A DNA stretch of 64,000 nt, from the NCBI GenBank assembly GCA_963712275.1, contig CAVQHD010000001.1, positions 1,504,001 through 1,568,000 of the forward strand. Direction: 5' to 3'. The stretch is from an uncultured Rhabdochlamydiaceae bacterium. Its GTDB lineage: Bacteria; Chlamydiota; Chlamydiia; Chlamydiales; Rhabdochlamydiaceae. Positions 46,332 through 55,850 of this stretch are shown piece after piece (positions within the stretch are counted from its first letter, which is position 1; each line of letters begins with the position of its first letter). Position numbers and translations under genes: made by a program. The notes under the pieces were generated by a model. It searched no databases and was not told the DNA's origin. It saw only the letters and a program-made list of their open reading frames with translations.

Positions 46332-47822
46332 CTACTGGCCCTGACAGCAAAGTCTTTGCAACTGACTGACAAGATAGAAGGGAAGCGTGACAATCGGATG
46401 GGATTTTTTTGGCATGCCGCTGCAAATCCGAATCCCAAACGGCGACTTTTTCTCACTTAAGAAAACGTTAATAGACCGAAGTTTACCTGCAGGGCCTGCC
46501 TTAACTTCGATGGGAATGATATGGGAGCCTAAAGTCACGACATAGTCGACTTCTGCAGCGCTATCCTTTTTTTCCCGCTCCCAGAGGTGAAGCTGCATTC
46601 GGTCGTGCGGGTTTGCGTAGGCAATCAGCTCCTGCCCAACAAACTGCTCTGCCAAAGCGCCACAGTGAATGAGGGTCAAATCTTCTCGAAAGAAGAGCAA
46701 TGGATCAACTTTTAGAGCCGTCTGGAGCATCCCTATGTCAAGATAGAGGAGCTTTTGGACCTTCGACTTAACTTGGGACTGAAGCGGCATGCCACCGGCA
46801 GAGGTTGCTAGTGTCTGATTGCACAAATCCCTCCTCATATTTGACCCGTCTTTATCCTGCTGGGCTGCGCGCTCGCGCTTAACAGCTTGCTCGAAGATGC
46901 CGGCGCGCTCCGCGCTATGCCCAGCAGGAAAATCCGGGCGCAAATATGAGGAGGGATTTATGCAATTAGACACTAGAACAGGACTCAGAAGCCCTGCCCA
47001 GGCGAGTTGATCAAGAGCCGTTTGTAAATCGCGAGATTTGGCATCTGGATCGATGAATGAGTACTTGAATCGAAGTCCAATAGATTCTGGGGCTCGATCG
47101 AATAAAATTTGCAGATACCGGTATTGAGTTTTGGTGGCGTATTTGGCCATATCTGCGCGGTAGAGATCGATGAGAGTCATGAGGTAGTTTTGACAATCTT
47201 GCAAGGAGCCTGTTGCCTGATATTTTGCGACCGCTCCGGGCATGCCTCCGACAAAAAAGTAGATCTTGACGAGTTCCATGAGCCTCTCATGGACAGCTTG
47301 CCCGATTTCTGTGGTCCATTCGAACTCTAAAATGAACTGGATGAGCTGCTCTTCATTCATAACCTCGAGAAATTCTAAAAAAGAGAGGGGACGCATGTAA
47401 ATGGATTGGACACGCCCCACAGGGAAAGAAATGTTTTTGTCAATGAGTGCAAATTCAAGCAGCGACCCAGCTGCTATAACATGGAGATCGCTCATCAATT
47501 CCTTAAAGTATCTAAGTGCTGCAATGGCTTCAGGGCACAGTTGAACTTCATCTAAGAAAAGCAAAGTTGTGCCAGGCCGGATTTGAACCTTGAGGGCTAG
47601 CTCGATGTCTCGGATGATTTTTTTGGGATCTAGGTCTCGAAAACAATCTTTTAGCGTGGGCTTAAGTTCAAAGTTGATTGTGACGGTTTGGGCAAAGTTT
47701 TTCTGGCCGAATTTTTCGATGGTAAAGCTTTTTCCTACTTGCCTAGCTCCTCGAACAAGCAGCGGCATACGGAGAGGCTCTCCTTTCCACCGGTTTAGTT
47801 CCTCTTCAATGGATCGTTTCAT
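46332..47822 (-). CDS. AAA+ ATPase with C-terminal DUF4143-like nuclease domain; carries an in-frame 55-aa insertion
   Basis: GARQVGKS, LFLDEVQ, AAGSLL, GGMP, AEVDYV...IPIEVK. Confidence 0.9.
   Translation of the reverse strand: MKRSIEEELNRWKGEPLRMPLLVRGARQVGKSFTIEKFGQKNFAQTVTINFELKPTLKDCFRDLDPKKIIRDIELALKVQIRPGTTLLFLDEVQLCPEAIAALRYFKELMSDLHVIAAGSLLEFALIDKNISFPVGRVQSIYMRPLSFLEFLEVMNEEQLIQFILEFEWTTEIGQAVHERLMELVKIYFFVGGMPGAVAKYQATGSLQDCQNYLMTLIDLYRADMAKYATKTQYRYLQILFDRAPESIGLRFKYSFIDPDAKSRDLQTALDQLAWAGLLSPVLVSNCINPSSYLRPDFPAGHSAERAGIFEQAVKRERAAQQDKDGSNMRRDLCNQTLATSAGGMPLQSQVKSKVQKLLYLDIGMLQTALKVDPLLFFREDLTLIHCGALAEQFVGQELIAYANPHDRMQLHLWEREKKDSAAEVDYVVTLGSHIIPIEVKAGPAGKLRSINVFLSEKKSPFGIRICSGMPKKSHPIVTLPFYLVSQLQRLCCQGQ
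46808..46976. mobile_element. Palindromic MITE-like element P4 inserted in frame in the ATPase gene
   Basis: CTAG at 46808 and 46973 (165 bp apart); 32-bp terminal IR with 2 mismatches; inner TCCTGCTGGGC/GCCCAGCAGGA pairing. Confidence 0.9.
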
Positions 47823-47912
47823 CCCATTATTCTACCAAATTGGGTATTTTACGGGGGGTATTTTAGCCAATTTTGGCTGAAAAAGGATGCATTGAAACTA
47901 AGTTGCTAATAA

Positions 47913-48356
47913 TCAGGCATTTTCATCAAGAGTAATGAGCTGAACCCACAGCTGATGAGTCCACTGACGATAGATCTCTCCCCTACTTGTCCGGATCTCG
48001 GCGCGGTAAGTCAAAAGCCCCCCCTTGGATCTGTATCCTTCGTTTAAAAGTGAAAAGACCTCCATCCCCATTCGATCTTCAATGGGATAGACAATCTCTT
48101 CTTGGGTATGATTGCGGTAAATCACATGGAATACAAGCTGGGGTTTTTCTTTAAGGAGCTTAGGAGGAACAGCCCACTGCATGACCACCTTTTGCCCATA
48201 AGGAGGGTTGGCCTGCCTCGGATCGGGGCTTCCAACCTGGCTGCTGGCAAGGTAAAGCGAGTCGATAGGAACTTGCCGAAGTGATAAATAATATTTCTCA
48301 CACCCCGTGAGTATCCATAGGCAGAAAAGAAGAGTCGCGATACACTTTCTTGACAT
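47913..48356 (-). CDS. Putative lipoprotein
   Basis: MSRKCIATLLFCLWILTGC lipobox from ATG 48356. Confidence 0.75.
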   Translation of the reverse strand: MSRKCIATLLFCLWILTGCEKYYLSLRQVPIDSLYLASSQVGSPDPRQANPPYGQKVVMQWAVPPKLLKEKPQLVFHVIYRNHTQEEIVYPIEDRMGMEVFSLLNEGYRSKGGLLTYRAEIRTSRGEIYRQWTHQLWVQLITLDENA

Positions 48357-48843
48357 GCAATCCGTGGTTTGTATTTTGATTGTAGACGAGACGCTCCTTC
48401 TAATCCAGCGCCGAGATATCCCTGTCTGGACCCTTCCTGGAGGGGGTATAGAACCAGGGGAAACAGCCGAAGCTGCAGCCGTTCGAGAGATGAAAGAAGA
48501 GACCGGGCTGACAGTTGACATCGTTCGCAAGGTCGCAGAATACACCCCCATTAATCGACTTGCCCGCCTGACCCATTTTTACGAAGTTAGACGTTCCAGT
48601 GGAGAACTTGCCACGGGCGCTGAGACAGCCGCTGTCCAGTTTTTTTCTCGCTCCAACCTTCCGCCGCTCCTGCCGCCCCCCTATGCCGATTGGATTGATG
48701 ACGCATTTCTAAAGTCGCCGCAAATCATCAAAAAAGAGCTCACTTCTCTTACCTACCGCAAGCTGCTGATCACCTTTCTTCAGCACCCACTCCTTGTCAT
48801 GCGATTTCTCCTCACGAAAATCGGAATCCACTGGAACCGTTAA
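48355..48843 (+). CDS. NUDIX hydrolase
   Basis: WTLPGGGIEPGETAEAAAVREMKEETG. Confidence 0.9.
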   Translation: MQSVVCILIVDETLLLIQRRDIPVWTLPGGGIEPGETAEAAAVREMKEETGLTVDIVRKVAEYTPINRLARLTHFYEVRRSSGELATGAETAAVQFFSRSNLPPLLPPPYADWIDDAFLKSPQIIKKELTSLTYRKLLITFLQHPLLVMRFLLTKIGIHWNR

Positions 48844-51259
48844 GAAGCTGTCTACCCCCATAGATCGCCGCAATACAAACCATGGCCGCTGTAAAAACCA
48901 CAAAAATCCTCTCCCGCTGGCTCGCCTTTTGCCATCTCTCTTTCAGCTGCTCTACGAATGACCGAGAGAGATTTATTTTTTTTCTGATCTCTTCTACACG
49001 TTCTTTTAGACGGGCTGCTTCTGTTTTTCTCTCTCTTTCCAGATTCTCTGCCTGTTGTCTACGAGTATTAACTTCTTTTTGTCCCAACATCGATTGGATT
49101 TTATCAGTAGCTTGGGGCAAAAGAAGTTGTTTCCAAAAGTCATCTTCTAATGGCTTGCAATAAGCATTGCTGAAGAATTCTTCCGTAGTTGGTTCAATTA
49201 TGATTGAATTAATGATACCCCTGAATGCATTCCAATAAAGGTTAAATTGCCCTAGAAAAGTTTCAAGGTGTATTCCTTCGGAGCTGGGATCTAACATGCT
49301 AAAGCATTTCCATAGCGCACGAGGAACCTTTTTCCATTCATTCCTTGAAGAGGATTTTTTAAGAAAGCGGAGTTGAAGAGTCGTATTGAGATCGTCTACT
49401 GTAATAGCTCCATGCGTAATAAAGGCATTAACCTCATCTCGTGTCCATTCGAATGGACTACCCTGAAGCTGGATGGTTTTAGCGTTGGGGTATTTGTTTA
49501 AATCTTCTTTGATTTTCATCCAATTAAGTGGGCCTGCCAGGTAAATCTTTATGCGCTGTCTTAATGCCAAGCCAGGTACCTCACTGACCTCTTCGATATC
49601 AACAAGAGTGAAAATGTCATGAAGCTGCTCAAGCAACCTAAATGGAAAGTTTTCCAAATCCCTAAGCACATGACGTGTAAGAACCTCCTTGCCATTTTGC
49701 GAAAGCTTTTCAATTAAAATGGGAGTTCCTTTTGCAGCCTCATAGGGTGAAGCTTTAAAAAAGAGACTGTAGACATAGAAATTCCCTTGAACAATCTCCT
49801 CTTTATCTTTTACTCGAAAATGGAGGGTCTTGCCAAGTTCAGAGCAAGGGATTGCCAGATTTAGTTGAGCAAGATCTAAAACCCAAGCAATTGGATAAAA
49901 CTGCTCCTCTATCTGAACTTGAGTTTGTCCTACCCCCTCATATTGTGCTAACTGCTCAGCAAGGTCTTGCCAGCTCAAGTTCTGCAATTGTTGCTCCGTC
50001 AAACAAGGAAGACTCATTGAAAATCGGGTTTGGACTTCGTTATGCCAGAAGCTTCCGTGGTTACAGTAGTCGACGAGTTTGTAAAGCTCATTGTGTTCAT
50101 GCCAACTTAAATAGGCAGGATATTGTCCTGTTTTAAACCAATCAATCGCTTCCATGAGCGTCTTGCAGTTATACTCAAGGAGAGAAATGTTTTCTTTCTT
50201 CCATATTCCAGATTTCATACTGAAAACAGTGAGAAACTCATGATAAAAGTCTGCATCAATTTCAAAGTTTCCATCGTCTAGTTCTAATGTCCTTTTGACT
50301 AAAAAGCCCTCGGGGTTTTCATTAAGGAGCTGTTCAAACTTTTGCCGAGAGAACACAAGAGGGTACCGATTGTCTTCTACCGTGAGCCTAATTCTCTCGG
50401 CTTTAGGGCAACCATCCAGTAAAATCTTCATTTTTTGAGCAAAGACCCCATTTTGAAGATCTTTCTCATCATCAAGAGAGACCTTAATTTCCATAGCATT
50501 TATTACATCTTTACAGTTTGAATAAATATATGAAAAATTACCCTCGTGACAATAAGTCGCTAGAAAATACAACAGAGAACATTTTTGATTGTTTGTATAA
50601 GAATAAAACCAACTTGTATCTTCATATTTCCGATCGGCAATGGCTTCATAAGCAAACCAAAACGTTTTTGCATCGATCTCTGGAAAGTCCAGATAAAAAC
50701 GGCCTTTTGGTATCTTCAAATGAAGCAGCTCACATTTGGCTAGCGTCAAATCGACCTTAACTCCCCCTTTCAGAGAGCAAGAAACTTTTTGAGTTAAGTC
50801 TTTTAGCTCTTTGGGTTCCCATGCTTGACAAAAGGAAGCAATGGAATGGCTCGAGTATTCAAAGCCTTGTACAAAGACCTGACAAGGAGTTGATACGAGA
50901 GGTGTCATGAGCCTGCAAAATTTCTCCCACGCCAACTCCAATGCGGCGGGCAGAATCTCAAGATCAGTTTCATTTTGATTGGCAAACTTAATAAACCTAT
51001 TATTTTCAGCAATATAAGCGAGTCTTTTCATCAAAGCATAGTCGGACCGAAGCGCTTCCCATTCATCCTCGCTAAAGCCCTCTGAAGGCTGCTCTCTCGA
51101 TAAACTTAACTTTTTAGCTCCATTGATAACTAGCACACTAAGATTAGCATATTGCTGAGTAATCGCATCTTTAAAGATTTTATTATAATTTTTAATTTCT
51201 TCCCAAATGAGTCTTACTTGAGCACTCGACCTTGTTGAAGATACAGCTGGTGCCGCCAT
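48812..51259 (-). CDS. 815-aa orphan protein with BTB-like segments, coiled coil and C-terminal TM
   Basis: GAGGT RBS; two BTB-like helical segments; terminal IFVVFTAAMVCIAAIYGG. Confidence 0.6.
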   Translation of the reverse strand: MAAPAVSSTRSSAQVRLIWEEIKNYNKIFKDAITQQYANLSVLVINGAKKLSLSREQPSEGFSEDEWEALRSDYALMKRLAYIAENNRFIKFANQNETDLEILPAALELAWEKFCRLMTPLVSTPCQVFVQGFEYSSHSIASFCQAWEPKELKDLTQKVSCSLKGGVKVDLTLAKCELLHLKIPKGRFYLDFPEIDAKTFWFAYEAIADRKYEDTSWFYSYTNNQKCSLLYFLATYCHEGNFSYIYSNCKDVINAMEIKVSLDDEKDLQNGVFAQKMKILLDGCPKAERIRLTVEDNRYPLVFSRQKFEQLLNENPEGFLVKRTLELDDGNFEIDADFYHEFLTVFSMKSGIWKKENISLLEYNCKTLMEAIDWFKTGQYPAYLSWHEHNELYKLVDYCNHGSFWHNEVQTRFSMSLPCLTEQQLQNLSWQDLAEQLAQYEGVGQTQVQIEEQFYPIAWVLDLAQLNLAIPCSELGKTLHFRVKDKEEIVQGNFYVYSLFFKASPYEAAKGTPILIEKLSQNGKEVLTRHVLRDLENFPFRLLEQLHDIFTLVDIEEVSEVPGLALRQRIKIYLAGPLNWMKIKEDLNKYPNAKTIQLQGSPFEWTRDEVNAFITHGAITVDDLNTTLQLRFLKKSSSRNEWKKVPRALWKCFSMLDPSSEGIHLETFLGQFNLYWNAFRGIINSIIIEPTTEEFFSNAYCKPLEDDFWKQLLLPQATDKIQSMLGQKEVNTRRQQAENLERERKTEAARLKERVEEIRKKINLSRSFVEQLKERWQKASQRERIFVVFTAAMVCIAAIYGGRQLLNGSSGFRFS

Positions 51260-51424
51260 TTCTACCTCAATTTTATCAAACTACTATAGCACAACTTAGC
51301 AATAAAAATCTTCCCTATAGAGATTTATTTTTCTGGACAGGTACCCAGTTTGTAGTGATTTTGAACATTACCGCTCAAAAAAATCTAGGCAAATCTACAC
51401 AAACGCATAGACAAGCCGGACACG

Positions 51425-52999
51425 TCAACAGAGCAGTCGAGTTGACGATTCGCGTGCCGGAGTCTCGCCGGCAAGATTCGAGAGCATTGCTGTCACAGGA
51501 GTCGTTTTGGGGACTCTAGGATCGGTATGTACCGCCCGAAAATGCGCTGTAAGCGCCGCTGAAAGTTTCTTATTGAGCTGCCCCCATTGGCGCCATACAT
51601 GCCAAGATCGATTCCTTGCAGGTAGATCAAGGGTGACATGGCCCCCTTTTCCATCGGGAATTTCCCTTTGGCCTTGGGGCATTCTTTCAGAAACTCCTAA
51701 AAATCTGCGGCCGATGCAAAGTGCGGCCGCCATATGAATTGTTAAGCCATAACGCTTTGCAAACTTGACTCGCCCGATGAGCGAAGTAAAGGCTGGATTG
51801 ACGCTATAAACGGCGACTCTTTTTGATGCCCCTCGGCTTTTAAGATGAGCAATGATCGATGCGTAGGCAAAAGCAGAGAGCATACGAGAATAGGTGGGGT
51901 CTTTTTCCCTAAGTTGGGCTTTCTTTTTCTTAAAGTCGAGGTTTTCAAGGACGAGGGGTTTTCGTGTCTCTTCGCAGAGGGCAATAATTTGGGCCGAGGC
52001 ATTGCCAATGAGGGCTTGGGCCTGGCCTTTGGAGGTATGATGAAGGGGAAGAAGGATATTGAATGTATGAAGGGTGTTCCCGAATCGATCGGTTTCTACA
52101 ACCGCTAGATGATCACGATTAATATCAACGGCAACGACGCCATTTTCTTTAAGAGTCGTAGGTTGAGAAACCTGGATGCCTATACTAACGAAAATACGCC
52201 ACCCTTTGGCATCTTTTTTAAAACGAAAGGTGATCGCTTGGCCATGATTTTTATAAGCAGGATCCTTGAGAAGCTGTTGCCTTAGATAACAGTCGCGAAT
52301 GGCTGCTACAATCACATCATGGCCATAGGCAAAGCGGATATTGGGGATTTGGAGATATTTACCGAATTGAGTAGCCAATGCATCGGGCAGCCTTACACGT
52401 AAATGAATGGAATCACCTTGTCCAATAGAAGCCGTACAGCTTTGATTGCCGGAAGTTTCATCTTTAGATCCAAGGATGAAAATTTCAGAATTCCTGGTTT
52501 GTCTCCAACCGTTTTTCCAGTCTTCATGCGTTGCATAGCCATTAGCTTCTAAATCAAACTGAGCTCGAAACAGTTTTTTCCCGCCAAAGCAAAGAGAAAT
52601 ATCTTTATTTTTTTGAGCTGTTTCGAGTTTTTTGAGCTGATCTTTGAGTTTGGCAAGGCGCCGCTTTTTTTGATGGAGAATCTTTTTATTTTTAAGATGG
52701 GCAAGGGTCTCTTCAAGAGCTGCAATTTGGTGCTTTTTAGTTTCAATGCGCTGGGATTGCAATCGGAGAATAGAGTCGATTTTACCTTCGAGTTGGACAC
52801 GGGCTGCATTGAATTGGCGGGCAGTGATACGAAAATGGGTGAGGTAAAATGATTTGAGATCTCCAGCAACTTTACCAGTTGCAATGTCTGCAAATAAACA
52901 GCGCTCAACATGGCTCATAAGCAATGCATAGGCAGATAATGGCTTGTCGAGGCCATCGAGAATACGGGTTTGATAAGTTCTGGGAGCAGTATCAGACAT
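51425..52999 (-). CDS. tnpB: IS607-associated TnpB-related protein, 524 aa
   Basis: Near-identical to 6697-8271. Confidence 0.85.
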   Translation of the reverse strand: MSDTAPRTYQTRILDGLDKPLSAYALLMSHVERCLFADIATGKVAGDLKSFYLTHFRITARQFNAARVQLEGKIDSILRLQSQRIETKKHQIAALEETLAHLKNKKILHQKKRRLAKLKDQLKKLETAQKNKDISLCFGGKKLFRAQFDLEANGYATHEDWKNGWRQTRNSEIFILGSKDETSGNQSCTASIGQGDSIHLRVRLPDALATQFGKYLQIPNIRFAYGHDVIVAAIRDCYLRQQLLKDPAYKNHGQAITFRFKKDAKGWRIFVSIGIQVSQPTTLKENGVVAVDINRDHLAVVETDRFGNTLHTFNILLPLHHTSKGQAQALIGNASAQIIALCEETRKPLVLENLDFKKKKAQLREKDPTYSRMLSAFAYASIIAHLKSRGASKRVAVYSVNPAFTSLIGRVKFAKRYGLTIHMAAALCIGRRFLGVSERMPQGQREIPDGKGGHVTLDLPARNRSWHVWRQWGQLNKKLSAALTAHFRAVHTDPRVPKTTPVTAMLSNLAGETPARESSTRLLC

Positions 53000-53603
53000 T
53001 TTCGGTCGCTTGTTTTAAAGCTTGTAAAAATTTTTGGTTCTTTCTGGATCTGACTCCATAAAGCCTTGCAGAAAATACGGTGATGATTTCCAAGACGTCT
53101 TGTACCAGATCGTCTTCAAAATGGGCTTCCTCGGATTTGTTCATGATCACCACTTCAATGCCAAACTCTTCGCATAAAGAAAAAATCAATTCTGACCCAA
53201 ATCGCAAGAGTCGATCTTTGTGGGTTAGGACAAGACGATCGATTTTCTCAGAACAGATGCTTTGCATCAACTTCTTTAAACCTTGTTTCTGAAAATTGAG
53301 ACCTGAACCAAGATCTTGAACAACCTCATGAACCCATCCATTAGCTGTACAGAAGTTTTCTATGACTTGGGTTTGCCTGATTAGGTCATCTTTCTGATCA
53401 TAGCTGGAGACTCGTGCATAGCCGAGAGTATGTTTCTTTGAATTCAATTTCTTGGACTGTGCGGACGCATGCCTAGAAAGGTCAAAACGACGATGGCCTT
53501 TAGGCGTCCTTTCAACAATAATCTGGCCTGATTTTTCCCATCTGCGAAGCGTTTCTTGTGAAACGCCGAAATATTTTGCTGCTGTCCCAATGTTTACTTT
53601 CAT
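52992..53603 (-). CDS. tnpA: IS607 serine transposase TnpA
   Basis: MerR-like HTH, YARVSS, DLGSGLN, HKDRLLRFG, DLVQDVLEIITVFSARLYG. Confidence 0.95.
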   Translation of the reverse strand: MKVNIGTAAKYFGVSQETLRRWEKSGQIIVERTPKGHRRFDLSRHASAQSKKLNSKKHTLGYARVSSYDQKDDLIRQTQVIENFCTANGWVHEVVQDLGSGLNFQKQGLKKLMQSICSEKIDRLVLTHKDRLLRFGSELIFSLCEEFGIEVVIMNKSEEAHFEDDLVQDVLEIITVFSARLYGVRSRKNQKFLQALKQATENV

Positions 53604-53695
53604 GGGAATGAATTCTATACATTTTGTATAGATTTATCAAGAAATATCTATATTTTCTTCAACTGCTGCCAACCCTACTAAAACCCTTGAAGAAA

Positions 53696-55747
53696 TCATC
53701 GCTCAATTCGAAAAAGCTCACGGATGAGGGGTTCGGCCCCATAGACAGTTTTGAGGGCTTCTAAGATCCCTTGAGAGTGAACACTAACAGCTCTCCCTTG
53801 GGTCTCATCAAATTCATAGTCCCATGTAAGGGATTGGATGTTCCCATCGAAGATAAGACCGACCAGCTCCCCTTTCACATTGACAACAGGACTTCCAGAG
53901 TTCCCTCCGACGATGTCGTTTGTCGAAACAAAATTAAAGGGGACCTGGCTTTTACTGAGGAGGGAGCTCTTTTTCTGCCAGCTGGGAGGAATCTCAAAAG
54001 GAGCTTTAAACTGGTGCTGGCTCGCAAGGCGGTACAGGCCACTGAGGATGGTCATCGGCTCGATGAAAACTTTATTCTCATGATACCCCTTCATCACCCC
54101 CATCGAAAGACGCAAGGTAAATGTCGCATCAGGATAGATGCTCTCCCCAAACCGCTTAAAGACCTTTTCTGCAATGGCATTGTAACTTTCATTCTGAACA
54201 CTTTCAAGCTCATTTTCCTCTTGTGTTCTGACCTTCCGTGCATAGGGATCAAGCGCCCTAGCAAACACAATCAGAGGATCTGTAGATGACTCGATTTCTT
54301 GAGGATTTTCGTAGAGATGTTTGCGATAGTCCAGATCGGCTAATTTTGTTGTGCTTAGAAGTTCTTCGGCTCTCTCACTTGGCGACTTCCCACTCAACGC
54401 AACTTTGACAGTTGGATGATCCTCGCCTAGAATATCGGATAATAATTTTAAGCTGCAGGATAGATTCACTTTTTCTAGGCTCATATAAACAGGCGCACTG
54501 GAAAACAGGGCCAGTTTAAGCGTCTCGACTTCTGTATCGGTATATTCACTAAGCCGTTCGTCGTTAGGCTTGCCCCTTTCTGCAGCAGAGCGAACAAGTA
54601 CCTTTGCCCAGTTATACAACTTACAATAACCAGAGCCCATTCCTTCTAACATCACATAAGACGAGTAGTAGCTTTTTGCATTCTTAAGTGCTGTTTTTAG
54701 CTGAACCCAAGGAAGGAATGATTCAGGATTGCCATAGAGCGATGCTTCATATTGCTGCTTTCTCTGGATAATTTGAGTGGTTGCAAACCCTTTTTCGATT
54801 CCTTTAAAGCTTTTGTAAGCGTTGCTGAGTCTGGAGAGATTCTGGGCAGCGATGCGTCCATTTTCTTGATTCTCTTGCGCGTAGGCTTCAATCCTCTTTT
54901 TCTTCTCTTCGATCAGGCGAAGATAGAGCGAAAGCTCCTCGTTTTTAAAAAACTCTAGGTGAGGCGAGGTGTAGAGCCTATCCGTGCTTCCGGGATGGCC
55001 TGACACAAAAAGGACTTCGGAAGGGCGAGGTCCTGAAGAACTCCACTGAAGAAAGTGATCTGTGGCAAGCGGTTTGCCATTTTCATAGACACGAAAAAAA
55101 CAAATGTCTAAGTTATAGCGCGGGTATTCAAAATTATCTTCGTCGCCGCCAAAAAAGGCAATCTTCTCCTCGGGAACCATGACAAGCCGAATATCACTAT
55201 ACCGCTTATAAAGATAGAGATTATACCTTGCTCCTTGGTAGAGAATGACAATTTCAGGCTGAAGCCCCGTTTGCTGCTGCGCCTTTTGCTTAATTCGAGC
55301 CATTGCTGCCTTTCTTGCCTCTTCTCGATCTGCGACAGAGGTTTCTGCTGAAGCTGCTTGATTCACTTCTTCGGTGACATCTTCAATGGAAACCAACTGA
55401 TCAACATAGAGATTGGGGCATTTGAGCTCTTGATCTAGACTGGGTGCATAAAATCCTTCCGCTATAAGATTCCGATCTTTTGTCGAGAGGTTGAAAACCG
55501 CTTGCGAACCAACGTGTTGATTGGTCAAAAGGAGCCCTTGCGAAGAGACAAACGATCCTGATCCTCCCTCGCTAATTCTCAAAGAGGCCTTTTGCAGGTG
55601 GAGAATCCACTCTTTGTCCAGAGTAGCGCCATACTTTTCTTTAATCTGCTTTGTGGGGATCATGTTGAAAGGCCACATCCCCTCCTCAGCGGAGCAAAAC
55701 GGCGTTGCGACACAACTGAGCAGAGAAAGGAACATGATGAATCTCAT
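53696..55747 (-). CDS. S46 family dipeptidyl peptidase
   Basis: Signal peptide, EEGMWP, GSGSFVS..TNQH, YPDATFTLR, DIVGGNSGSPV, FDGN. Confidence 0.93.
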   Translation of the reverse strand: MRFIMFLSLLSCVATPFCSAEEGMWPFNMIPTKQIKEKYGATLDKEWILHLQKASLRISEGGSGSFVSSQGLLLTNQHVGSQAVFNLSTKDRNLIAEGFYAPSLDQELKCPNLYVDQLVSIEDVTEEVNQAASAETSVADREEARKAAMARIKQKAQQQTGLQPEIVILYQGARYNLYLYKRYSDIRLVMVPEEKIAFFGGDEDNFEYPRYNLDICFFRVYENGKPLATDHFLQWSSSGPRPSEVLFVSGHPGSTDRLYTSPHLEFFKNEELSLYLRLIEEKKKRIEAYAQENQENGRIAAQNLSRLSNAYKSFKGIEKGFATTQIIQRKQQYEASLYGNPESFLPWVQLKTALKNAKSYYSSYVMLEGMGSGYCKLYNWAKVLVRSAAERGKPNDERLSEYTDTEVETLKLALFSSAPVYMSLEKVNLSCSLKLLSDILGEDHPTVKVALSGKSPSERAEELLSTTKLADLDYRKHLYENPQEIESSTDPLIVFARALDPYARKVRTQEENELESVQNESYNAIAEKVFKRFGESIYPDATFTLRLSMGVMKGYHENKVFIEPMTILSGLYRLASQHQFKAPFEIPPSWQKKSSLLSKSQVPFNFVSTNDIVGGNSGSPVVNVKGELVGLIFDGNIQSLTWDYEFDETQGRAVSVHSQGILEALKTVYGAEPLIRELFRIER

Positions 55748-55850
55748 GGACAACCTATAACACTTTACGTAGATAGGGCTCAATAGCAAAAATAAATTTT
55801 AAACATTGGGTTTTTTTTAAAGAAAGCTTATAATTAGTCCCAAAAATTAA

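Larger units (their letters stand above)
51371..53674 (-). mobile_element. IS607-family element, copy 2 (2304 bp, intact)
   Basis: Same ends as copy 1 in inverted orientation; CC at both junctions on the + strand. Confidence 0.93.

Noticed and set aside
48357..48551. N-terminal extension of ORF 47913..48551
   Set aside because: Antisense to the NUDIX gene; the lipoprotein signal begins at ATG 48356.
8326..51370. Existing inversion between the two IS607 copies
   Set aside because: Both halves of the PRT gene flank copy 1 in the correct order, so the assembled state is not inverted.
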